64,000 nt of DNA from Azolla caroliniana (lineage: Eukaryota > Plantae > Polypodiophyta): assembly GCA_043228905.1 (NCBI GenBank), contig JBHGNT010000022.1, positions 2,914,001-2,978,000 of the forward strand, given 5' to 3'. The notes beneath the pieces were generated by a model that was not told the DNA's origin, made no database searches, and saw only the letters and a list, made by a program, of their open reading frames with translations. The position numbers were made by a program, and so were the translations under genes. Below are positions 13,089 through 26,027 of this stretch, piece by piece (position 1 is the first letter of the stretch; each line of letters begins with the position of its first letter).

Positions 13089-13513
13089 TAACAATTAGCA
13101 ATGGTTCGATTCAAGAGTCTCAAACTCGAACCGTTTAAAAAAATTGAAACTTAAACTGAACTGAACCAAACCACAAAACCTTTTTAACCAAAACATTACA
13201 AAAAATTCAAGCTCAAATCAAATGTTGGAGACTTTCAAACCTTTAAACCGTTAAAACCGTGGTTTGATTTTGGTTTCCAAGTTAGTTCAAAATTCAGAAT
13301 TTCACATTTTAATTTTAAAAATTCTAAAATTTTCAATATTTCAAATATTATTATTTTTAAATTGATTGAACCGTAGTATCAAAAGGCTCGAATTGAACCG
13401 GACTGGTAAACCCACAAACCCAACCATTATACAAAAACCTGAACTTGAACCGAACCGTTTAAACCGTCAAGCTGCGGTTTCACGATTTAGTTTAGAAATG
13501 TTGCCGATTGTTA
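13089..13513. mobile_element. hAT-like MITE, same family as 5406-5914
   Basis: TIRs TAACAATTAGCAATGG / ...TTGCCGATTGTTA; degenerate 8-bp TSD CATCCTCT / CGGCCTCT; colinear internal similarity (aaattcaagctcaa...agactttcaaac..., caagttag.tcaaaattca). Confidence 0.85.
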
Positions 13514-13745
13514 CGGCCTCTCGTGACATGGAGAGGTGAGTGACAGGTGGGTTCTTGGGGTGCACAGGCACGCCAAGCAAACGGAGTGTTGGCTTCTTTT
13601 CCTTGGTACTTCTTTGGGGGGGCAAAATTTGGAAGCTTGAGAGGGGCATTTTGGCAATTTTGGAAATTAGAGGGGTATTTCAGTAATTTAAAAAAATTGT
13701 GGGGCTATATTTGTCAATTCGGAAAATGCGAGGGGTATTTTGGCC

Positions 13746-13781
<36 letters not shown>

Positions 13782-13915
13782 CTGTAGCCTGTGCCTGTGT
13801 CTGCCTTTCTCTCTCTCTGATCTTCACTGCTTCGCCATATCCTTTTGGCAGAGACAGACACACAGAGCTTCGGTTCGCCTTTGCACGTACATATCCTGGT
13901 TCCCGTTTCTTCACT

Positions 13916-13939
13916 CCCCCCCCCCCCCCCCCCCCCCCC
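13916..13939 (+). repeat. 24-nt poly(C) tract 12 nt upstream of the RIK start codon
   Basis: Directly visible; followed by TTTTCCAG (acceptor-like) then CGAC-ATG. Confidence 0.9.
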
Positions 13940-13951
13940 TTTTCCAGCGAC

Positions 13952-16900
13952 ATGACAGAGGAAGCTACCGCTTCTGTGCAGATAAACACAGATTCAAACG
14001 CCTCTACTACCTCTACTAGACAAAGGTAAGCCACCTCCCCTTCGCTTTCCTGAGTTGTTTCAAATGATTGCGTACGTTCTTCGTTTCCTTCAGCGCGCCT
14101 GTAAACGCTTTGTTAAAAGTTGGTTAATTTAGTCATGGTAATCTAGCATTCCATACACAACCAACCGTTTCTGGAAGCAAAGATGGGAGAAAGATGAGGC
14201 TTATAAAAAATACCGAATTTTCCTATGAGATTAGAGAAGGTAGAGTGTAATACGGGGAAGATTTCTGGAATCATTAAGGTCTTGGTTCATCTCTGTATGT
14301 ATGTATGCATATATATAAATATCTGTGAATCGACTCATGCATAGGAAGTCCCTAAGCACGTTGCATGTAAATAATCATACGCTGAAGGTTTTTTATCAGG
14401 ATTAGAAAAGGGAGAGCTTATTAACAGTAAGATTTCTTGATCCATTTATATCTTGGATCGTCATTGTATGTATATAATACAAAATGAAATGGTCTTATGA
14501 GGAATAGAAAAGAGGGAGCTTAATATCACAATGATCACTTCAACTATTCATATCCTTGGTTCAACTTTGCAATCAGTCATACAGGAAAAGCCACATTTTT
14601 TTTAAGGGTTAGAATAGGGGGGGCTCTTTATCGAAATTGATGAACTATTCATATATTGGTTCACGTTTTATGTGTATAATAATCCATGAACATATTTTAT
14701 AAGGAGGAGCTTAATATCAAAACTATTTCTTGAACCATGCATATCCTGGTTCACCTTTTATGTACATCGTCATACATGATTTAATGCGTATCAAAAACAT
14801 CTCTTTGGTTTATATGTGTATGTATATTCGCACAACATGAAAGTACTTTATAAGGACTAAATTATGTCAAAAGATTTGTTGAACCATTTGCATCTTTATT
14901 CGTTTCATCTGGATATAAGCATACAGGAAAGTCTTTCATGAGAAAAGGGAGGGCTTTCTGTCAAAAATGTACTTTGAACAATTCATTTATTGGTGTGTAT
15001 GATCATATAGGATATGCTCGTCAAAGTTTTTTAGGCATAATTTTTGAAATACCTGTAATGCTACAGGTTTTCGTGCCTGAGTTTTTCAATCTCATACTAT
15101 AGAAAGATGGGAATTTTACTTTTGGTTCATGTGTGTACTATCAGTTGATGTGGATACATGCAAAGTTACACACATAAATATATACATTGATAATTCATGG
15201 ATGCAGCTTAATGTCGACAAGATTTCTTGATTTAATCATATATTTGCTCATCTTTGTATGTATGCAATTATATAGGATACGATTGTAAATAAATTCTTTG
15301 GCATCATTCTCAAAAATCTGTAATCATAGATTTTTCCATGGCGGAAATTTTCAACCACTCAGTAGAGCAAGGAGGTAACTCTAGCGTTACCTTTGTGTAT
15401 GTTATACTATGCATGCACATACATACAAATATGCATATGTATACTTGTATGGATGCATTGTTTATTTATATATGCATGGATATACGTTGAATATGAAACT
15501 GGTTTGTTGAACTTTTAGAGGTATTGGTAAAACGTCGATTGAACTACCAGTCTAGCTAAAATTTCTCAAATTTTGAGAAATCTTACATAAACAAAGAAAC
15601 ACCTCCTTAGGACTTAAGACTCACTAAGACTTAATTTTACATTCCAAAATTTATATCGTTCCTGAACAAGGAAGTTGACACCTGTTGGTGTCTTTTTCGA
15701 TATGATGTAGTAGAAATAAGAAGGCACTATACCTTAAGGCTTAGGTGTCTATTGGGAAGCAGATTTAAGGATCGTTGTATGAAAGTCTCCTAAATGCTAT
15801 TTTTATTATTATCTCTTATTTTTCACAATTTGCATTTATAGTTCCTGTTGGTGTCTTTTCGGTATGATGTATAAACAAGAAGGCGGTATAACTTAAGGCT
15901 CAGGTGTCTATTAGGAAGCAGATTTAGGGATCTTTGTGTGAAAGTCACCTAAATTCTAATTTTATTTTTATCTCTTATTTTTACAATTTATGTTTATAGT
16001 TCGACATACATGGTAGTCAGTTAGGACATATTGGATTAATATAAATAGTGAATAAAGCAACTTGTAATTGATTGGGAATTTTTTTTTGCCTAAATACCAT
16101 GGGACTTTAGTTTTAAGGTTAGGACATGTTAGATCGTTATAAGTAGAGAATAAAGCAATTGGTAAGTGTTTGGAAATTCCAGATTTAGGGTTTACATACC
16201 ATGATATGTAAATAATTAAGGTTATGACACATTTTGATAATAACAGAAATTGAGAATAAAGCAACATATAAGTGGTTGGAATTCACATTTTTAGTTCACA
16301 TACAATGAGAGCTAAGTTTTTAGATTAGATATATTGAAGCAATGAAGAATAAAGAAACTCATAAGCCTTTGGAAATTTCACATTTTTAGTCTACATACGA
16401 TGCAACTTAAGTTTAGGCTAGAACATATTGGATTAATGGAAAATAAAGAAACTTGTAAGTATATTGAGTGTTTTGGATTACTATAAGAGAGACTGTGAAA
16501 TGCCCTTGGGATTACTATAAGAGAGAGACTGTGAAAAAGGGGATGACTTGTCCATAAAGTTGCTTGAGGGGGTGATCAAGGGAATTCAGGGAAATAATGA
16601 AGACCCCAGTGGAATGAAAAGCTAGGGGTATTTGTGGAATGTAAAGTTATTGGTATTGGAATAATGAAAAACTCAGGGGTATTTTGAGAATTTTTCCCTT
16701 ACTATGAATAGAGAATAAAGAGGTCTGTAATTATGGTGAAATTTTCAGGAAGAAGCGGAAATGGGATCAGCCTGCTGAGTTTGTTTTGTCGGCAGCAGCA
16801 TCAACTACAAATTTGTTACCTTCTCTGCCAGGGATTGCACTTCCAGGAGTTTTCCCACTTGTTGGTGTATATTCGACGGTGTCCTCCACAACATCTGTAC

Positions 16901-19900
16901 AAATTCCTTCAATTGTACCGAATGTGCAACAAAATGCTGTGGCAATCGTTCAAAAGATAAACCAGGTCTCATGAGGGCCACTTTTTTAATCTTTGGAAGA
17001 CGTAGCAATGTACTATTAAGCGTTGCAGATTTACTATTTACTATTCCATGCATAGTGATACCCAGTTTTAATGGAGCTCTATTAATACATCCATCTATTA
17101 TCAATTGTTTAGAGAGCTCATTTTGCTTCATTTACCATTCTAGGATTTGGCTACTAAAGGTCTGTTGCCTCAAACTAAGATACAGGATGAACTCATTGCA
17201 AGGGAAATTGTTATTAATGATGCAGAACCTAGTGTACGATCCAAACTCACTAAACGCCAAACACAAGAAGAGGTGCACTATTCTTCATTTGCTGAGCTTA
17301 CTATTTTGGCAATGTTTTGTTTTAACAGGATTAGCTAACATATTAGTTCCTCCAGATCCAATCAAAAACTGGTGCAGTTGTCATAACAAGGTGGTTATAA
17401 GAACTTCTTTCCCATGTCATGCAGCCCTTTGTTTGTTCACGGACTTGGCACAGCTGATATACCTTGCTTGCTGACAACGATGTTGTGTTTCGTTGAACTT
17501 TTGTAGAGGGAAGTACAAGCCTCCTAATGGAATTGCTGACCAGGAGAAGCCTTTGTATTTGCACATATCAGCAGGCGTTCATGTAACATCTATAATTATT
17601 TTATGGAAAACTCTGAAGCATCCCTCAGTTTTTCCTTATTTCTTCAAATGCCCCTGCATTTTTTCTATTTTCCTAAATGCCCATACTCCACCAAATGAGA
17701 GAAAGAGGACGAATTGATTATATAATTGCTCAAATAACACATATATTTGAATAGATGATGATGAGTTGACATATAACTGCTCAAATATGGCAATTAATTT
17801 CTCTTTCAGTGGTTAACTAAGGGCATTTGAGGAAATACCAAAAACTTAGAGGCCATTGGGAACTAAGAAAAATGTAGGGGTATTTCAGAGGTTACTTTCC
17901 CGATATTTTTATTAGACTTTCCAAGTTTTAGCATTTTGCTATTCATTGAAATGCTCATTCTTTTGCAGCTTAAAGATACAGCTGACAGAATCAGAGCTGT
18001 TGATCAGGCTGCTGCCTTAGTGGAAGAAATGTTGAAGCAGGGTCGCCAAACATCAGGGGTGAGTTATGGACCTGTTCCTTTCTTTTTACATGTATTCCAT
18101 CTTCATCTAAAATTCGTTTCTTTCAACAGGCTTCGTCATTAACCACAGTTGTCTTTGTGGATTTTGAAGCTGGTTCACATCTTGATCTTGTCAATCGAAT
18201 ACGTGGACCTAATGTACGTTTAGCATTTTTCAAGCTGATATATACATGTGAAGATGAATGTTCTAAAACCTGGTTGGATCTTCTGAATTTGCATGAGGAT
18301 TGTTACTTGTAATGAGATTGTTCTGCTTTATCTTTGTCCTGTAAATTTTAATATCTTTATGACTTCGCCTGACATCTCCACATGTTTTGGGAGAAATTGT
18401 TTTTTTGTTTGTGTGCTGGCCTGGGGTTGGCTTCTGTATACCTGCAGGATCAGTTTATAAATCACATCATGAATGAAACAGGAGCATTGGTTCTTGTAAA
18501 AGGAGGTAGTTGTGAAACTCTTTCAAATGAAGGTATAAATGCTATTCCATTCTGTTATGATATTCCACGGTTCAACCTATTCATCCACAGAAATGGCTAT
18601 TTATTGAGATCTTGTATGGTATGTTATGTTTTGATTATGCAGATATTCCTCAGCCTCTGCACCTTCTCATTTCAGCTGACAATGCCAAGTGTCTAGACGA
18701 TGCTCGTGGTCTGGCTGTGCATCTGCTTGAAACAATTCGTTCCGAGTTCATTGGATCTAGGTAATGATAGCTTATCAAAACTTTAACTGTACATAAACTC
18801 TTAGGCTTGGCTTGAACATGGTTTGTAGAAACCTTGTATACTGCCAATTTATTATTAGTTTATAACTCTACATATGTGCATCTTTCAGTATTGCTTCGAT
18901 TGCCGAAGCTGGTCTAAGGCCATCTGCATTTTTTTTCCAGGCCTCCTTACTTTCCACCTCTCATGTCTTGCAATTTGCAGCCATCTCTTCAAGTTGGAGG
19001 TAACCTAGAGCAAGGAAGTGTACCGACCATCCCGATCGTGCCATCATCAAGTGCTTTAGCTATTCCAATTTTGCCTACTATAGATACAAGTGTTAATAGG
19101 TGAATGCAACAATATATCTTTAGAAAAACTCTGGAATACCCCCATTTTTCTTTATTTTCCCATGTGCCCCTAGTCTCTATTTCCCCGCCATCTCTTTGGA
19201 TCAAACCCAAATGAGGTGCATTTGAGGAAATAAAGGAAACGTCAATGGTATTTTGGATTTTTTACCTAAATGTTTAAAAGGACATACCATGTAGCATATA
19301 TGGGATGTATCTGAATTAACATGCACTTCGGCCATTAAAATACAGGTTAGGATCTATCAAAAACTACAGTGCTGTGCCTCCACCAAGACAACTTTTGGCT
19401 GACGGAGAAAGAACTTTGGTTGGATCGGATACATTGCCTGTAGGTCAACAACCAAAGCCAGATATTGAGGCTTTTACAGTTACCCCATTACCATATACAG
19501 CCATGTCAACACCACCGTATACAACAGGACCTGTTCAAATTTATCCACAGCAAAGTTATGGAATATATCCTCAGGCCTCTGGAGTAGGTTATAGTGCATA
19601 TACTGGATTGTACCCTCAAGCCTCTCCTTTGCAACAAGTCGCCCTTGCTTTGCAACGACCGCCAGTGAATCAATCTTCCGTTCAACCCTCATCTCTGCCT
19701 CTGCAATCTGAAACATACACCAGACCCTTGACAAGTATCATGACATGTCAATTGGAGAAGCAGGAGAAGCAAGAAAAGCAGCGTCGTAAGTTTCAAGAGT
19801 TGCCAGCTGTGAGAAAAGAACCTTCAATTGTTCAGGTAACGTTCTGCTACAGACATATACTTCTTCTGGATTTGAAATTCTACCGGTATTAACATTAACT

Positions 19901-22741
19901 GTTTTGATAACATTTGTTTACTAGATGCCGAAACCAAATTGTATTTCACCCATTTCATAACTTTAGTTTAAAAAATGTCTAAAAATGCTGATCAATTAAA
20001 ACAGATTCATCTTGTAGACTGTGGAGAGACACCTGTCTACGAGAGGGGAAATCCCCAAGACATTGGTTGATGCCAATAGGGCCAGCCATTTTTCTAGTGC
20101 AGGGAAACTTCCTAAGAAATAACGTGATACCGATGGAATAAATATAGTCTAATATCAAAATCATGCACTAGTGTGGTATGTAATTAATAAGGATGTAAGC
20201 ACTTAAATTACCATGCTTGTCATGTGTGTTGTCAAGTGTGAAGATCTAACCTCTGTAGAAAAGCCATACCTAGACGTAGCTTACAAAATTCTTCCCTCTT
20301 ATGCCTGTAGATATCAGAATATAACGTGCCCAGTAGGGGTGATTCAGATGCAGATACTAATGGATCCAGAGAATCTGGACTCACATTTGTGTTAAGTGAG
20401 CAGATACTATGCTACCTAGATTGATGGACATTTTGGGAGAATGACCACCAATCCCCTCGTGGAGTCATACCCTCCATAAGGTAAAAGCTTTGGTTAGCTA
20501 TCTGTTCTACTTCAATAGCGTTTCACAGAAGTATAGAATCATGTAACTTTATTGGATCTCATAGACCACTTTATTGTCTTATTATTATTATTTTATCTCG
20601 CATATCCTTTTATGCATATTGAATTTGTAAGCCACGAGTAGCCTTTTAAAGAATATACACATTGGGTTTTCGAATCTGACTGCCTTTCCATTGTAATGGT
20701 GATCCATCCAAACTTGATTTACTGAGTAATCTGAACCTGCCGTTCAAGTATGCAGTCTCTATGTATGCTGTGAAAGCCTAAGATTGTAAGAAAGATTCTT
20801 ACGACTAATGATTCTTTCAGTTACATTCATTTGGGACAAAGTGATAATGGTTACAACATTCAAGCTTTCTAATTGTAAGAATTAGAACCTTTTGATTTGT
20901 TGTGATGTACTTTTTGTTAGTATATACCATCCAAGGTTGGGTTGCATTTAGTTTTGCTCTATATAAATCTAAGCCCTGAAATCAGAATCTTAAGGAATTA
21001 CGTCAGCTGATTGATGAATTAAGCTTGCAGTGGAGATCCTTCTACGTAGGCAGCCTCTTGATCATGGAGAGGTCAATCATTCAGGGAAAAACAACTCTAC
21101 TATGTGTACTAGTGTGGACATCAGAAAGAAAAACTCGGGAAAAACACAATGGCCCTAATTATGTATGTGTTTCTATCTTTCCAGAAGCTGGCGACTGTTG
21201 TATTTGATCGGAAAAGTTACTTCCTGAAGTTTTGTTTCAATAAATCAACGTGTATCATTTGTTATTTCTTTCATCATTTTTTATCAAATATTTTATTTTT
21301 ACTATATAGACCTAGCTAACAAATGTTGACTGGCTTTGTATGTTACCACACTAATATCAATATTTGATGGAGCATCCTACTGTAACATGGTTTTCTGTTG
21401 GGATTTGTGTTTCTCATTATTTTATGGGAGAAATCCTGAGATATCTCCAATTTTTTCTCCATTTTCTCCCGTGAGGTTTCATTTACCCAAATGCTCTTCG
21501 TCACCCACAAAATAGAGAAAAAGGGGATACTTTATGTTAGTGGCCTCACTTCATGCCAGTTGCCACATCAACAATGCCAATCCTTGCCCATCTTTTCCTC
21601 TCCTATCTTTTCTATGAATCCTTGTCTATCTTTCCCTCTAAATACTTACCTTTTCATCTGAATCACAAAAGGCCTTCTGAAGATTTCTGTAAATATTTTG
21701 GTGTGGCATCTATATGAGTAGATGCCCTCTTTGTCCCACCAACCTTAGCATATTGGATCCCCCCATGACGGATAGATTTAGATTGCAGCAATTTCAATTA
21801 CAATGATGAGGCACTACATTTGTTTGTTGGCTTTTGATGAAAGCCATTTAGTTATTGGAAGGTAGAGTAGAAAGACATTTTTCTTTTGCCACTTGTATTG
21901 AAGAGTTAACATGAACATTGTAATCTTTTATTGGATAAAAATTGGCTAGTATGGTCTTTTAGGGACGTTAATTTGTCATTTTCTATTGTCAGCTGTCAGT
22001 ATCTGAGAGTTCTCTCCAATCGAATCTGTCCTTCTTTCTTAATCAATTGCTTATTTTTTGTCCCTCTCTTTATTCTGTTTTGTGTGACTACCTTAAACTG
22101 TCTACTGATTCTTACGCTTTCACCATGGAATTGCCCAAATAGGGCATATATTTGAGAAGAGGGGAATGTTTTTCCCAAGGGCAGTAAGGGTAGTACTGGA
22201 AACATAGGTATTTGGCAAATGGAAAGAAAAAACTCTGGGGTATTAAGTCGTTTTCTCCTTTATTTATTTGGCCCCATACCATGATTATAATTTTTCAGGC
22301 AGTGTCTATGGATATGAGAGAACAACGGTTATATAAACAACAAGACATGCCACCACCTCTAACAGTACCTTCAGCACCTCCTAGTAGCATGCCACCGCCA
22401 CCTCCAAGACCGAGGTCTCCCACACAATCATTTACACCCATAAATACAAGCACATGTAACTCATCAACATCAAAGACGATTTCTGCCCGAACAGCGGGTG
22501 ATATCAAACCAGAGGCATCAGGTTTGCCAACCTTTTTATATTGAAACTCTATTTTGTTGGCTGTGTAGAAACAAGGTCTGTAATACATCGTTCATTTTTA
22601 TTGGTTATAATAGGGATTAAACTAGTTGAGTATGGAGAAGATGAGGATGAAGAGGATAGTGATGTTGAAACCAATCATTCAATCGAAGATAGCAAGAGCA
22701 AAAAACCCTATTCGAATGGGAAGCCCTTTTGGGCTGTGTAA
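13952..22741 (+). CDS. RIK: Protein RIK (RS2-interacting KH domain protein; KHDC4/BLOM7-like), ~635 aa
   Basis: In-frame GT-AG exons 13952-14025, 16749-16965, 17144-17272, 17356-17390, 17507-17582, 17969-18058, 18130-18213, 18448-18532, 18643-18760, 18941-19099, 19346-19835, 22299-22521, 22614-22741. Motifs RKKRKWDQPAE, DELIAREIVINDAE..VR.KLTKRQTQEEIQ..TGAVVITRGKY, EKPLYLHISAG, RIRGPNDQ.INHIMNETGA, QPLHL.IS, YSAVPPP, YPQASPLQQVALAL, RRKFQELP, IKLVEYG, KPFWAV*. Extra exons between 19.8 and 22.3 kb cannot be excluded. Confidence 0.9.
14225..15300. repeat. Old ~100-bp tandem array (roughly 8-10 degenerate units) in RIK intron 1
   Basis: Recurrent tagaaaaggg.gagctt.at...aagatttcttga.ccatt.atatc.tggttca.ctttgtatgtat unit. 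Confidence 0.65.
15680..15965. repeat. ~163-bp tandem duplication in RIK intron 1
   Basis: cctgttggtgtctttt...aagaaggc..tata.cttaaggct.aggtgtctatt.ggaagcagattta.ggatc at ~15681 and ~15844. Confidence 0.85.
16010..16460. repeat. Degenerate ~100-bp tandem array in RIK intron 1
   Basis: gaataaagcaac...ggaa(a)ttc.acattt...acatac.atg...tag.acat recurs about 4-5 times. Confidence 0.6.
17605..17901. mobile_element. Mutator-like MITE in RIK intron 5
   Basis: Long imperfect TIRs GGAAAACTCTGAAGCATCCCTCAG...AAATGCCC / GGGCATTT...AGGGGTATTTCAGAGGTTACTTTCCC; GG...CC ends in an AT-rich flank; TSD not clean. Confidence 0.55.
19122..19267. mobile_element. Short Mutator-like MITE in RIK intron 10
   Basis: GAAAAACTCTGGAATACCCCCA... 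/ ...GGTATTTTGGATTTTTTACC imperfect TIRs, same motif family as 17605-17901. Confidence 0.45.
21427..22258. mobile_element. Mutator-like non-autonomous element in RIK intron 11
   Basis: GGAGAAATCCTGAGATATCTCCAATTTTTTCTCCATTT at left pairs imperfectly with AAATGGAAAGAAAAAACTCTGGGGTATTAAGTCGTTTTCTCC at right. Confidence 0.4.
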
Positions 22742-23759
22742 GGCAAGTTTGTGCACAGGAAATTTAAGATCCTTTTTACATCTTCCTATCTCACTTCTTA
22801 ACATAGTCTTATATCTTACCAAAGCAGTTTGTATTGGTAACGACATCTATGAGCTGGTCAGTGTATATTTCAGTTGCTAATTTGAGGGAATTGTCTCAAG
22901 TTCGCATGTAAAAGCATCAACATCTAATCTAGGGCATTTATTTATTATTGTTTATGGTCTTCAAAGTGTTAAGGCAGTCCGCGCAGAATCACAATGCTGA
23001 ATTCCTTGGACCATCTATATATGAATGTTTCGCTGGAGCAATGAAGACGAACTAATGGTGGTGAGTTGAACCTTTATTAAAGGTACCTGCGTGCAAATCA
23101 AGGTGTACATGTGCACGCAGTCAATGAGATCCACCAATCGAAAATTATTGCTCAACATGGTCCGGACCTAAGCATCCCCTCAAATAAGTCGAGAATCTAG
23201 ATTTCAAATGATCTTATAACTCTTATGTACAATGTTGTCATCAATTGCCTAAGCAATTTCAAAGGCTAGGTTATTATATCCTCTACTTCGGTTGTCTAAT
23301 TCCCTCCACGCTTATTTTATTTTATCTCGTGGAGTTATCCATGCTTAGGATGTGCACACATTGTAAGCAACCTAGAGCCCCTCCCACATGCATACTTCAA
23401 AGAATACCAAGATCATTTTGTAACAAAATCTCCAAAAAATGAGATGGTAGTATAGATTCTACCAGTGTTATGGAAGAGTTTTTCTATCTCATGGTTGGGC
23501 ATCTATCTCTAATGCAATTTCTAGAAAGTCATGAAGTATAGATTCTGGTTTTTGATGTTGGAGACAATTTTGGAACTTTGAAAATTTAATGTTGCATATT
23601 AAAATGATAAGCAATAACCCATGTGCCACCAGTTGCAAATCAAATATGAGTTTGGAAACAAAATGGTGAAGAGATCTGTGATTGGAAATTTTCAAAAGGA
23701 TAAAAGGGGCCTGAATAAGATGTTGACTTTACATCATTGCTTATTGTTTAGATTAGATA

Positions 23760-24120
23760 TCATGATAGTCTCATGAGTTTGCACTGTAGTGTTTTGGTTG
23801 GATTGAATTCTGCTGCATCATAATTGGTTCTTTTGGTTATATCAGGTTGCATCATGATTGGTTTGTTGGATAGTATCCACTTGTATCATGAGTGATTTGT
23901 CAGATTGTATTATGCTGCATTGTAAATGATTTGTTGGATTCTAATAAATTGCATCACAAGTGATTGGTTAGATTGTAAGAAGCTACATGGTAAATCGATT
24001 ACTGTAGTTTGCATTAGGTTGCATTGTAATTGATAAGTTTGATCATATTAGGTTGCAATGGTTCAATAAGGTGGTTTTATAATTAATTGGTTGAGCTAAG
24101 TAAGTTGCCATATAATATAA
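23760..24120. repeat. Degenerate ~30-bp minisatellite
   Basis: Recurrent gattggtt(t)gttggatt.tat.aggttgcatcat variants. Confidence 0.65.
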
Positions 24121-25819
24121 ATAAGTTCAACTTTTATAGATTGAATGTTTCTAGTATTTACCTTACTTTTCCCTATAAGTATCTCTTTGCCCTACCAACA
24201 ATCTGATTAGGGTAGTTTTGATCTTATGAATATTGGGGTAACTGACTTTGCAAGCTGATGGTGTTGGTTTGTGACTTCTTCCGCCAAGGCATCCTTGGTA
24301 AGTTCCTGTAGTTTGGGTGGCATGTAGACCTCTTATAGAACCTTGATCAAGTTTGGAGTTTCAACGAAGTGGTTGAAACAGAAATTCTCTATTGAAGATT
24401 ATGTTCTTTGTGTTATGATCCAGTTCCCAAAATTAGATCTTGATGGTGACAAGTGATTTATTGCATGCGTGCTACATGGGTTTCCTAACTTTGATCATTG
24501 GATAGTCCATGATATGGATCCTAACATTTCATTTTCTTATGGTCGTACATCAAAGAAAAATCATAAAAAGCCCCTAACTTTTACATCTAACTAGTCAAAA
24601 TTGTTGGGAAATGAAAGGCATCCAACAAAATTTCAACACGCAACTCTAAGCGAATACTTATCTTGGACATTTAATCACTACACAAGGTATGCAAATCGAT
24701 CCTTCTCAAATAGATAGTCTAACAATGGATGAATCCTTGAACCATTGTCATGATGTGGGAAGTGCACGGGAGGAAACAAGTTAAATTGTATATAAAACTT
24801 AAAAGATTGAAGGATAAGGCAAAAAGTATGAAAAGAAGGTCAAGGAATGAGACAAAATTACAAACAATAAAAATACTTAACTCGATTGTCAAGAGCTTAC
24901 ACTTAGAGTGTAAGGTAAGATATTCGCATCTCGTAATGGATGATGAACGAAGAAAGGTGATCTATAGTAAGCAACAAGGTATATGGTAAAAATAAAAGAG
25001 CGATGATATTGTTTTGCGTTAATAGGATCTTGAGGTCAAATGTTACAAAAGAAACCTATTATTTTGGAAATGGACTTCTTAAAACCTAGAAAAGGGAGAT
25101 GAGAGTTCATTGTTAAGGGGTCGAATTTTGGATCGCGGTGGAAGCGTTGTCATAACGTGATGAGTGCACATGAGGAAAGATTTAGACTCAGTATATATAA
25201 AGGATTGAAGGATAGGGTAGACGTATAGAAAGAAAACAAGAAATTGAAAAAATGTAAAGAGATAGCTTAATTGTTAAGAGCTTATTCTACGAACGTAAAG
25301 GTGTAAAGGTCAAGGGTTTTAGTCTTGTCTAGACTACGAGAGATCAAGTGTATGTTAAAGTGATGGACATAGAAATTAACATTTTGCTCATACCAAGCGC
25401 TTGAGAAATAAAGGTGCATGCAAAGTGAAAACGAGACGTGCATACTAAAAACGAAAATTGCTTTTTTTATTTGCACACTAAATGATAAATGAACTTAGGA
25501 TTGCTAATGAAGAGGGCATGTACAACCAACAACAACAAAAGAGGCGATGTGACTGTCATATAATGGGACGTTACAACGAAACTCAAGGATGTTTTCCTAA
25601 AGCTTCATCAAATCTTACATTGCTATCCATTTATCAATCTTCCTTTAAACCCACTCTATGTAACAAAGTCGAGTTAATCTCGTTGTATCTAATCTGAATA
25701 TTTATTGGATGTCTTTATCTTTTAAGAATTCATTCAATTATCTAATATCTAGAATTACTTGGAATTAAATAAGGATTGTGACAAAGTTTTCAGCTCGAAA
25801 ATTTGAGCTTGAGACACGA

Positions 25820-26027
25820 AGTTACATGAGTTTGAATGAGGAGATGCAAGCCCTCTCCCGAAACACGACATGGGATCTCATCCCCTCTTCACCCCCATCA
25901 ACAGGCAATCGGATGCCGATGGATATACAAGGTGAAGCACAATGCCGAAGACATCGTCAATAGGTATAAAGCTCGGTTTGTTGCCAAAGGGAATGCACAG
26001 ATCCACGGGATCGATTACGAAGAGACT
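25820..26027 (+). pseudogene. Ty1/copia reverse transcriptase N-terminal fragment, cut by an LTR insertion
   Basis: NEEMQALSRNTTWDL..(frameshift)..AIGCRWIYKVKHNA...NRYKARFVAKGNAQIHGIDYEET is the canonical copia RVT_2 start. It stops at TGTTG (26028). Confidence 0.9.

Noticed and set aside
13547-14034. 160-aa and overlapping ORFs upstream of RIK
   Set aside because: They run through promoter, CT repeat and poly(C); only the part from ATG 13952 splices into the conserved protein.
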